Shown here: in pieces, positions 1 through 7,901 of the stretch
Layout of the letters: each line of letters begins with the position of its first letter
How positions within the stretch are numbered: position 1 is the stretch's first letter
DNA from: Lachnospiraceae bacterium
Lineage (GTDB): Bacteria > Bacillota > Clostridia > Lachnospirales > Lachnospiraceae
DNA: 64,000 nucleotides
Assembly: GCA_045627305.1 (NCBI GenBank)
Contig: JAZQNM010000037.1
Location: forward strand, 16,962 to 80,961
Direction of reading: 5' to 3'
Made by a program: the position numbers and the translations under genes
Notes under the pieces: model-generated
The model's input: the letters and a program-made list of their open reading frames with translations, nothing else
What the model was told of the DNA's origin: nothing
The model's database searches: none

Positions 1-14
1 AGGAAAGGTATCAG

Positions 15-1259
15 ATGGCGATTAATCAGATAACCTTGGGACATAATTATTGTGATCCTTGTGTGAAAGCATTTGAAGAAGTGTTTGTCGGATTAGGGGA
101 TTATAAGGAAGCGCCTACATATGCGAAATACACGGAAGCCCTGTATCTTTATGAAAGTACATTATCAGCACAGATAAACATCCCGATTGTTTCTGTGGAA
201 ATCCAGGATGTGGAAGATGGATTAAAGATTTTTGAGTCGCTTGGCAGTTTTCTTGATTCTGCTAATAAAGCATATGATCTTAGTTATATTAGGGCAGAAT
301 ACTATAGATTTTATGGTTCCGAGCTAAACAGTTATGACAAAGCAATTTCTCTATATACAGACTTATTGAAAGACGCAACAAAGGAGGAGCTTGAAGTTGA
401 TCTTTACAAGCCCTATTCCTTCATAGAGGAAAAGATTAAAGAAACCAAATACGAAAAGGCAATGTATTTTGTAGATAAGGGGCTTTATGATGATGCCCTG
501 GTGATTCTGAATGAAATCAAGGATTATTCCAATATGGAAGAACACATTGCGCAGATTCAATTCATAAAAGCACAGACATTTGCAGCGGAAGGGCAATATG
601 CTGAAGCAGTAAAATGTCTTGAGACAATCGGACAGATTTCCGATATGCGTGATGTTTCGGAACTGATTGCTTTCTATAGCAAATTGAGAGACGGTATTTC
701 TGTAAAGGATGAGGAGAATCCTTACAAGAAAGCATATCAGGATGAAATCGCAGCAATTGCTACAGCGAAGCCGGGAGATTTTGTCTCTTACGGTAATTAC
801 TTTGGAGAAACGGAATGGGTTCTTTTAGAAAAACAGAATGGAAAAGCTCTTCTTATTATGAAGTTTTGTCTTTATGACAGAACGGCTAATGATTTGTGGT
901 ATTCCTATGTTTGGAACAATTCTTTGGCTCGTGAATATTTAAATCGTACATTCCTTTATGCAGCATTCACAAATGAAGAAAGAAAAGGTGTTCTTACAAC
1001 TAAACTGAAAAACTCGGACAAGTACGTAGAAACTATGCTTGAAGATACGACAGACCGTGTATTCATATTGACCAGCGAAGATGTCAATAAGTATAAGGAA
1101 GAAGGTGTACGGTTTGGCTATGATGAGGAGGAAAACTATTATGTCGGATACTGGATGCTGAGAGATGGTGAGATAGCTCTTTCTGACTTTGTTGCGAATA
1201 CTCTTAATGGTGATGGAGCATGGATTCGTCCGGCTATTTGGGTTACCATATCAGAGTAA
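15..1259 (+). CDS. Hypothetical protein: N-terminal TPR-like helical repeats plus C-terminal DUF6273-like domain
   Basis: Complete 414-aa ORF with a purine-rich RBS before the ATG. The N half is helical-repeat-like (AMYFVDKGLYDDALVIL, AEGQYAEAVKCL). The C half (EWVLLEKQNGKALLI, WNNSLAREYLN, DRVFILTSEDV, YWMLRDG, IRPAIWV) matches my memory of the DUF6273 pattern. Confidence 0.5.
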   Translation: MAINQITLGHNYCDPCVKAFEEVFVGLGDYKEAPTYAKYTEALYLYESTLSAQINIPIVSVEIQDVEDGLKIFESLGSFLDSANKAYDLSYIRAEYYRFYGSELNSYDKAISLYTDLLKDATKEELEVDLYKPYSFIEEKIKETKYEKAMYFVDKGLYDDALVILNEIKDYSNMEEHIAQIQFIKAQTFAAEGQYAEAVKCLETIGQISDMRDVSELIAFYSKLRDGISVKDEENPYKKAYQDEIAAIATAKPGDFVSYGNYFGETEWVLLEKQNGKALLIMKFCLYDRTANDLWYSYVWNNSLAREYLNRTFLYAAFTNEERKGVLTTKLKNSDKYVETMLEDTTDRVFILTSEDVNKYKEEGVRFGYDEEENYYVGYWMLRDGEIALSDFVANTLNGDGAWIRPAIWVTISE

Positions 1260-1338
1260 TGGGTAATATAGGAGTGACTACTTAGTTTTGAAGAAATTCA
1301 GTATACTATATGGTATAGTTCAGTCAGTTGAAAAATAG

Positions 1339-1366
1339 TTGTATTTTTCTGGCTTTGTGATATAAT
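1339..1366 (+). promoter_or_regulatory. Putative sigma-A promoter of ssrA
   Basis: TTGTAT, 16-nt spacer, TGaTATAAT (extended -10), about 29 nt upstream of the mature tmRNA 5' end. Confidence 0.5.
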
Positions 1367-1394
1367 ACCACTTACAACTCAACCGAGTTTACCC

Positions 1395-1744
1395 GGGCTT
1401 GTACCGGTTTCGACGGGGGTTTTTAAGTTGTGATAGCCATCCATGTGCCGGACACATGTAAAAAACCGGAAACTTAAATATAAACGCAGATAATAATCTT
1501 GCATTTGCTGCCTAATGGCAGCTGTCAGACAGAGTGCACCTACGCATTCTGACCCTGGCATCGATTTCGTAGGAAACGACGTACGGAAAGCTTTGACCGT
1601 GTGGGCGTATTATGAAGCTACTGATGACGAAAGCCCGTTTATCGGCTGAGTCGGAGGGAATGGCGCAAGCATGTAGGTAAACTGTGATGGGAGAGGTTGC
1701 AATGGCGAGGCTTTCGGACAGGGGTTCGACTCCCCTCAGGTCCA
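1395..1744 (+). ncRNA. ssrA: tmRNA (SsrA)
   Basis: 5' GGGCTTG pairs with 3' CAGGTCC, including the G3:U pair. The GGTTTCGACGGGGG 5' motif is present. The T-arm GGGGTTCGACTCCCC is followed by the acceptor strand and discriminator A; CCA is not encoded. The tag reading frame GCA GAT AAT AAT CTT GCA TTT GCT GCC TAA (1486-1515) gives ADNNLAFAA. Confidence 0.88.
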
Positions 1745-1755
1745 TAATGTGACCA

Positions 1756-1786
1756 CGCAGGTTCTTCGGAACCTGCGTTTTTTTTT
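1756..1786 (+). terminator. Intrinsic terminator after ssrA
   Basis: CGCAGGTTC-TTCG-GAACCTGCG stem-loop followed by T9. Confidence 0.85.
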
Positions 1787-1942
1787 GCTCTTTGGCATTA
1801 TCCTTTTGTGCAAACCTTACAGGAAAATGCCATGAATTTATCCTTTACATTTTTCCCCTTCGTTGTTACACTATATATATAACAGACGAGATAGAAAACG
1901 TTTTTTTATATCGTGTTTTATACATTGTAGGAGGTGGCTTGC

Positions 1943-2341
1943 TTGCTGGTAAGAATTGATTATAACAGTGATGAGGCATTTTATGTGCAGTTGAAGAACC
2001 AGATTATTATGGGCATCGCCACATCTGAAATTCAGGAAGGGGAGAGTCTTCCAAGTGTTCGGGATTTGGCTGATTTGATTGGAATCAATATGCATACGGT
2101 TAATAAGGCATATTCCATTCTTCGACAGGAAGGGTATCTGAAGCTCGATCGAAGAAAAGGAGCAGTCGTATCCCTAACCCCTGACAGAGAACGTGCGATT
2201 GAGGAAATCAGGTTTCTCCTAAAGAGTGTTGTGGCAAGAGCATTATGCAGAGATTTGAACAAAGCAGAAATACATGCTATTTTGGATGAAGTCTTGTGTG
2301 AATTCGATGATATTCGTTCCTCGACTTATGAAAAGCAATAA
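1943..2341 (+). CDS. Small GntR-family (YtrA-like) transcriptional regulator
   Basis: Winged-HTH signature LPSVRDLADLIGINMHTVNKAYSILRQEGYLKLDRRKGAVV. The protein is about 130 aa with a short helical C-terminus and no large effector domain. The in-frame TTG at 1943 sits 8 nt after AGGAGG; the ORF track starts at GTG 1934. Confidence 0.8.
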   Translation: MLVRIDYNSDEAFYVQLKNQIIMGIATSEIQEGESLPSVRDLADLIGINMHTVNKAYSILRQEGYLKLDRRKGAVVSLTPDRERAIEEIRFLLKSVVARALCRDLNKAEIHAILDEVLCEFDDIRSSTYEKQ

Positions 2342-2376
2342 CAATATAAGTATTAATTTATGTAAGGACATTGACT

Positions 2377-4788
2377 ATGAGACAATATACGGATAAAGCG
2401 GAACAGGTTTTGGATTATGCGGAAATGTATGCGAAAAGCAAACATTCCGGCTATATTGGAACAGAACATCTTCTTTATGGCCTGTTTAGCATTAAATCAA
2501 CAGTCAGTACACTGCTTGAGAACTGTTTTGATGAGGAAGCACTTGAACTGCTCCTTGATTCCATGGTGAACACAGAATCCAGAAAGCGTAAGATTACACG
2601 TACGCCTGAATTGGAGGAAGTGCTGGAAGAGGCTGAACAGATTGCTTCCGGAATGCATATGGAACGGATTGGAACGGACCATCTCATGCTTGCACTGCTT
2701 CTTCGCAAGGATTGTATTGCGGTTCGTCTTTTGAATTCGCTTCACGTCAATCCGGCTAAGATGTATAAGGAAATCCTTACGGATATGAATTTGAGTAAGG
2801 ATGAGATTAAGGAGCAGGTTGCCATTGTTAAGAACGCAAGAAAGGGACAGTCGGCGGCTTTAGAGTTCTGTAACGATTTGACGGAAAAGGCGAAGGATGG
2901 TCTTTTGGATCCTGTTATCGGGCGCCTTCCGGAAATGGAACGTGTGATTCGAATTCTGAGTCGTAGAACGAAGAATAATCCATGTATGGTCGGAGAACCG
3001 GGAGTCGGTAAAACTGCTGTTGTGGAAGGGCTTGCGCAGCGTATTGTTAACGGAACCGTCCCGGAGCAGTTGAAGAATAAACGAATCTTTACGCTTAATC
3101 TGTCCTCCATGGTTGCCGGGGCAAAGTATCGCGGTGAATTTGAGGAGAGAATTCGTCAGGTCATTGATGAGGTGACCAGTGACGGAAATATTATCCTGTT
3201 TATTGATGAATTACATACCATAATCGGTGCAGGAAGTGCCGAGGGGTCTTTGGATGCAGCCAATATCCTAAAACCGGCTCTCTCAAGAGGTGGTCTTCAG
3301 ATTATCGGTGCAACCACAATGGATGAATATCGTAAGCATATCGAAAAGGATGCGGCTTTGGAACGCCGTTTCCAGCCTGTTACTGTGGAAGAGCCGAGTG
3401 AAGAGGAAACTGTTGATATCCTGAAAGGATTGCGTGAAAGATATGAGAAGCACCATAATGTGCGAATCAGTGATGATGCGCTTAAGGCTGCAGCTTCCTT
3501 ATCCAAACGTTTTATCAGTGACCGTTTTCTTCCGGATAAAGCCATTGATGTTATGGATGAGGCGGCAAGTCTTTTACATCTCTCCGGTGATTCTGCACTG
3601 AAGGCACAGCTTTCTTTGCAGGATGAGATTCGTCGGTTAGCTGAACAGAAGGAATTGCAGTTTGCTTCAGGACATATGGAAGAGGCAAAAAAACTTTCCG
3701 CAAAACAATCCCGTCTTCAGAAGAAGTTTGATGCCATGCAGAATACAAAGGGTTCGGAACTTCCGACTGTTACCGAGAAAGAAGTATCTGAAGTGATTTC
3801 CTCATGGACGAAGATTCCGTTACAGAAGGTTACCGAAACGGAAGGAGAACGCCTGATGCATTTGGAGGAGGAACTCCATAAGCGTATCATCGGACAGGAT
3901 GAGGCTGTTCGTGTGATTTCAAAGGCAGTCCGCAGAGGGCGTGTCGGATTAAAAGATCCGAAACGTCCTGTTGGTTCGTTCTTATTCCTTGGTCCGACAG
4001 GTGTCGGAAAGACCGAACTTTGCAAGGCTTTGGCTGAAGTCCTGTTTGGGAACGAGGATGCAATGATACGTGTTGATATGTCCGAATATATGGAGAAGCA
4101 CAGTGTTTCCAAAATGATTGGAAGCCCTCCCGGTTATGTCGGATTTGACGAAGGCGGACAATTATCCGACCGCGTCAGAAGAAAGCCTTATTCGGTTGTT
4201 CTCTTTGATGAAATTGAAAAGGCACATGCCGATGTGTTCAATATTCTTTTACAGGTGTTGGATGACGGAAGAATTACGGACTCAACAGGTCGTGTTATAG
4301 ATTTCAAGAATACCGTTATTATTATGACCAGTAACGCCGGCGCACAGTCCATTATAGAACCGAAGCGTTTGGGATTTGGCGGTAATGATAACAGTGATGC
4401 AGATTATAAGCTGATGAAGGATTCTGTGATGGAAGAGGTTAAGAGACTATTCCGTCCGGAGTTTTTAAACCGAATTGATGATACGATTGTATTCCGTACA
4501 TTGAACGATGCGGAGCTGCGAGAGATTGTAGGACTGCAGACTAAGACGCTGATTGACCGCTGTAAAGAGAACTTTGGTATTCGGTTGACTCTTGATGAAT
4601 CTGTTCTGTCGCATATAGCGGTACGAGGACATGATCCGAAATACGGAGCAAGACCGATTCGCAGAGCCATTCAGGAGGATTTGGAGGATATGCTTGCAGA
4701 GGCTATTCTTTCCGGAAGCATTCAGCGTAACAGTTCGATTGTATTAACCTATAGTGAAGACAAAGGATATACATATGGCGAAAGATAA
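2377..4788 (+). CDS. clpC: ATP-dependent Clp protease ATP-binding subunit ClpC
   Basis: Two Clp_N repeats ([18 protein letters not shown]), two AAA+ modules ([16 protein letters not shown]), a UVR-like middle linker, and sensor motifs (GARPIRR). Confidence 0.93.
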   Translation: MRQYTDKAEQVLDYAEMYAKSKHSGYIGTEHLLYGLFSIKSTVSTLLENCFDEEALELLLDSMVNTESRKRKITRTPELEEVLEEAEQIASGMHMERIGTDHLMLALLLRKDCIAVRLLNSLHVNPAKMYKEILTDMNLSKDEIKEQVAIVKNARKGQSAALEFCNDLTEKAKDGLLDPVIGRLPEMERVIRILSRRTKNNPCMVGEPGVGKTAVVEGLAQRIVNGTVPEQLKNKRIFTLNLSSMVAGAKYRGEFEERIRQVIDEVTSDGNIILFIDELHTIIGAGSAEGSLDAANILKPALSRGGLQIIGATTMDEYRKHIEKDAALERRFQPVTVEEPSEEETVDILKGLRERYEKHHNVRISDDALKAAASLSKRFISDRFLPDKAIDVMDEAASLLHLSGDSALKAQLSLQDEIRRLAEQKELQFASGHMEEAKKLSAKQSRLQKKFDAMQNTKGSELPTVTEKEVSEVISSWTKIPLQKVTETEGERLMHLEEELHKRIIGQDEAVRVISKAVRRGRVGLKDPKRPVGSFLFLGPTGVGKTELCKALAEVLFGNEDAMIRVDMSEYMEKHSVSKMIGSPPGYVGFDEGGQLSDRVRRKPYSVVLFDEIEKAHADVFNILLQVLDDGRITDSTGRVIDFKNTVIIMTSNAGAQSIIEPKRLGFGGNDNSDADYKLMKDSVMEEVKRLFRPEFLNRIDDTIVFRTLNDAELREIVGLQTKTLIDRCKENFGIRLTLDESVLSHIAVRGHDPKYGARPIRRAIQEDLEDMLAEAILSGSIQRNSSIVLTYSEDKGYTYGER

Positions 4789-6145
4789 ATCATTATTTTT
4801 CTGTAAGGAATGCGGAACCGAATCGGCAAAATGGTTTGGTCAGTGCCCGGCCTGTAAGGCATGGGATTCCATGGTAGAGGCACCGAAGGAACGAACAAAA
4901 TCCGTTACTCGTGTTAATTCTTTTCGCAGAAATACGCCTGTGGCGCTTGGGAAGATTTCTACCGAGGATGAAAAACGGACTGGTACCGATATGAAGGAAC
5001 TGGACAGAGTACTTGGCGGAGGAATTGTTTCCGGTTCATTGGTGCTTGCTTCCGGTGATCCCGGTATCGGTAAATCCACACTGTTACTTCAGATGTGCAG
5101 AAATCTCAGTGACAGGAATATTCCTGTTTTATATGTATCCGGTGAGGAATCCTTAAGACAGGTAAAGCTTAGGGCCAATCGAATCGGAGAGTTCTCTGAC
5201 AGCCTTTTGTTTTTAGCGGACAGTAATATGGACTCGGTTCGGGAAAGTATTATGGACACGCATCCGGAGGTTGTGATTATTGATTCCATTCAGACGATGG
5301 TTCTTCCTGAATTGGATTCTCCTTCCGGCAGTGTTTCTCAGGTTAAGGAGATTACGTCTTTTCTTCTGCGTCTGGCAAAGGAAGAGGAAATCAGTATATT
5401 TATTGTCGGTCATGTAACAAAGGAAGGTTCTGTTGCCGGACCGAGAATGCTTGAACATATGGTGGATACCGTGCTATACTTTGAGGGAGATACGACAACG
5501 CCGTACCGTATCCTTCGTGCAGTGAAAAACCGATTCGGTTCTACCAATGAAATCGGTGTATTTTCCATGGAAAGAACCGGTCTTGTGGAGGTGGAGAATC
5601 CTTCCGAGCATATGCTTTCGGGAATGCCGGTGGATGAGCCTGGGTCGATTGTAACTGTTACGCTTGAAGGGACTCGGCCTATTCTTGTGGAAGTGCAGGC
5701 GCTTGTATGCAGAACGAATTTTAATCTGCCGAGACGTACTGCAGCAGGGACCGATTTTAACCGTGTGAATCTGCTACTTGCCGTTTTGGAGAAAAGGCTT
5801 GGCATTGGTCTTTCGGGCTGTGATGCCTATATCAATGTCGCAGGTGGCATGAGAGTTACGGAACCGGCTCTTGATATGGGAATTGTGCTTTCCGTACTTT
5901 CCGGGTATACCAATCAGCCACTTCCTGCGAAGACTGTGGCATTTGGCGAGATTGGTTTGATTGGGGAAATTCGTTCCGTACCTCAGGCTCTGGCCAGAGT
6001 GAATGAAGCGGCAAAACTTGGGTATCGGTTGTGTATTATGCCGAAGAGTGATGCGGACCGCATTGGGTCGCAGGCACCCTCCGGAATCAGAATAATCGGG
6101 GTTTCGAATGTTCGTGATTTAAAAAGATTTATGACGGAAGGATAA
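4775..6145 (+). CDS. radA: DNA repair protein RadA/Sms
   Basis: C4 zinc ribbon CKECGTESAKWFGQCPACKAW, Walker A GDPGIGKST, KNRFG motif, Lon-protease-like C-terminal domain. The ATG at 4775 overlaps the clpC stop. Confidence 0.93.
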   Translation: MAKDKSLFFCKECGTESAKWFGQCPACKAWDSMVEAPKERTKSVTRVNSFRRNTPVALGKISTEDEKRTGTDMKELDRVLGGGIVSGSLVLASGDPGIGKSTLLLQMCRNLSDRNIPVLYVSGEESLRQVKLRANRIGEFSDSLLFLADSNMDSVRESIMDTHPEVVIIDSIQTMVLPELDSPSGSVSQVKEITSFLLRLAKEEEISIFIVGHVTKEGSVAGPRMLEHMVDTVLYFEGDTTTPYRILRAVKNRFGSTNEIGVFSMERTGLVEVENPSEHMLSGMPVDEPGSIVTVTLEGTRPILVEVQALVCRTNFNLPRRTAAGTDFNRVNLLLAVLEKRLGIGLSGCDAYINVAGGMRVTEPALDMGIVLSVLSGYTNQPLPAKTVAFGEIGLIGEIRSVPQALARVNEAAKLGYRLCIMPKSDADRIGSQAPSGIRIIGVSNVRDLKRFMTEG

Positions 6146-6170
6146 CGGATAACCGTAAAGGATTAATGGA

Positions 6171-7556
6171 ATGATGAATAAGACCGTGCATAGATTGATT
6201 TCACTTATGCTGATGTGTATTCTTCTTACCGGATGTACTTCATCCAAGAAGAAGGATAAGCGTGAGGATTTTGCTTATTGTGAGCATATTGTTACTCTGG
6301 AGTCTGTATCAGCGGAAGATCCTTCCGTATCTGAACTGAGGGATGAAGAAGGGTTTCTTCATGTGAATGATATTGTCTATGTCAATACAGATACAATTAA
6401 TATTCGTGAAGCTGCCAATGCAGAATCGGAACTTGTAGATGTTGCGGAATTTGGAACACAGCTAAATCGGACAGGCATTGGACAGGATGGTTGGGATCGA
6501 ATTTCTTACGAGGATGGCTCGTGTTATGTAAGTCATGAGCTCGTCACGGTTGTTCCAATCAGCGCCAATAAGAGTTTTGAATACTCTGCAGCAGTACTTA
6601 CGGTTGTAGACTCTAAACATAAACAGTATAGCTACGATGATATGGTTCTTGATTTAAAGGAACTTCGTGAAACATATCCGGATAAGATGAAGTTAAATGT
6701 TATCGGTACCAGTGTGGATAATCGTAATATTTTTGAAGTGGTTATCGGTTCTGAAAAGGCGAAGAAAGATATATATCTTGTTTCGGGTCTTTGCGGAGCA
6801 GAGTATATGTCCAGTCTTGTTCTGATGAAACAGATTGAGTATTATCTCCATTATTATGAGGCGGGATATTATGAAGGATATGCTTTCTCTGATTTGTTTG
6901 ATAATGTACGTGTACATATTGTTCCGATGTTGAATCCGGACAGTGTTGAAATCAGCCAGCATTATCTGGCGGGAATGCATTCAGAAAAGATTGTAATGCA
7001 TCTGAAGGAATGGTTTGACCGGGATCAGATGAATGGTGGAATTAATTCTAATTTGGACAATTACCTGATGTTCTTCTTTGCCAATGCTCAGGGTGTTGAC
7101 CTGCGTAAGAATTTTCCTTATCAGTGGGATGCTACTGGCTCTGCATTACAGCCCGGTGCAAATGGTTATCGTGGCAATTCAGCAGGAAGCGAAGCAGAAA
7201 CAAAGGCTATTATGCATGCACTTTCTGAAGTTAAGCCGGATCTTTTGGTTGTGTATCATACAACCGGAAGCAGAATCTATTTCAATTACGGTCAATCCGA
7301 TGATATTCTGGCTAAGACAAGGTCATACGGAAGTTATCTCAGCAGGATGATGACCTATGAGTTGAACGATAAGAAATTAACAGAAGATGCTTGCGGTTCT
7401 CTTGCGGGATACAGCAACAATATTCTTCAGATTCCTTCCCTTACTGTGCATCTTGGAAACGGTTCCGCACCGTTGTCTCCGAATGAATTTAATGCTATTT
7501 GGAATGCTTGCCGCGATTCATGGGCTGCACTTCAGGTAAATATGATAGAGTGGTAA
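6171..7556 (+). CDS. Lipoprotein with SH3b-like domain and M14 carboxypeptidase-like domain (active-site substitutions)
   Basis: Lipobox LLTGC. SH3b-like segment VNTDTINIREAANAESELV..GWDRISY..CYVSHELV. The M14 scaffold is present (VPMLNPDSV, GVDLRKNF, VYHTTGS), but the HxxE motif reads CGAE and the TxELG-type catalytic Glu position reads TVHLG. Confidence 0.7.
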   Translation: MMNKTVHRLISLMLMCILLTGCTSSKKKDKREDFAYCEHIVTLESVSAEDPSVSELRDEEGFLHVNDIVYVNTDTINIREAANAESELVDVAEFGTQLNRTGIGQDGWDRISYEDGSCYVSHELVTVVPISANKSFEYSAAVLTVVDSKHKQYSYDDMVLDLKELRETYPDKMKLNVIGTSVDNRNIFEVVIGSEKAKKDIYLVSGLCGAEYMSSLVLMKQIEYYLHYYEAGYYEGYAFSDLFDNVRVHIVPMLNPDSVEISQHYLAGMHSEKIVMHLKEWFDRDQMNGGINSNLDNYLMFFFANAQGVDLRKNFPYQWDATGSALQPGANGYRGNSAGSEAETKAIMHALSEVKPDLLVVYHTTGSRIYFNYGQSDDILAKTRSYGSYLSRMMTYELNDKKLTEDACGSLAGYSNNILQIPSLTVHLGNGSAPLSPNEFNAIWNACRDSWAALQVNMIEW

Positions 7557-7577
7557 ATGCTATTTCGTATTTTTCTA

Positions 7578-7606
7578 TTGACATTCACTTTCTTGTATTG
7601 TAGTAT
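7578..7606 (+). promoter_or_regulatory. Putative sigma-A promoter of the T-box leader
   Basis: TTGACA, 17-nt spacer, TAGTAT. Confidence 0.6.
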
Positions 7607-7628
7607 TTGATTCAGTTATAAATAAAAT

Positions 7629-7885
7629 GCTATGAAGAGGAATAGTATCGGATGGTCCGGTTTCAGAAAGCTGTCGGTTGATGCGAGACAGTCGAGGAGC
7701 ATTGGAGAACTCGCCTTGGAGCAGCGGCTTGAAGACCGTAAGGTTGTGTAGATGCCGCCGGAAGCCCGCCGTTATTTGGGAAGAGCATCGAATGATTTCT
7801 GTGCTTATTGAGTGCATGTTTATCATGAAGTAGAGTGGTACCACGTTAATAACGCCTCTATTCCTTAGGGAATAGAGGATTTTTG
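7629..7885 (+). promoter_or_regulatory. T-box riboswitch leader, predicted Leu (CUC) specifier
   Basis: Stem I spans 7629-7725. It has a K-turn base (GCUAUGAAGAGG / CCUUGGAGCAGC), AGUA (7644-7647) and GAGAA S-turn elements, CUC at 7710-7712 followed by purine G and a 4-bp lower helix, an AG bay CAGAAAG (7664-7670), and a distal loop (7671-7691). The T-box sequence AAGUAGAGUGGUACCACG is at 7828-7845. The terminator CCTCTATTCC-TTAG-GGAATAGAGG plus T-run is at 7855-7885, and its 5' strand overlaps the antiterminator 3' strand. Confidence 0.85.
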
Positions 7886-7901
7886 TATGATGGAGGATAA
7901 T

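Noticed and set aside
1379-1745. ORFs 1379-1561 (-) and 1512-1745 (-).
   Set aside because: They lie entirely within the tmRNA gene on the opposite strand.
1787-1942. Searched for CtsR heptad direct repeats (GGTCAAA-N3-GGTCAAA) upstream of the clpC operon.
   Set aside because: Not present. Only weak AT-rich direct repeats occur, so no CtsR operator is annotated.
7701-7722. Possible Trp (UGG) specifier for the T-box. Two UGG-A triplets occur in Stem I and a tRNA-Trp gene lies just downstream of the regulated gene.
   Set aside because: By alignment with the canonical Stem I layout, the second UGG falls in the lower helix and K-turn (CCUUGGAGC) and the first is at the top of the loop. The position immediately above the 4-bp helix and after GAGAA is CUC-G. 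The T-box bulge UGGU predicts discriminator A, whereas the adjacent tRNA-Trp has discriminator G.
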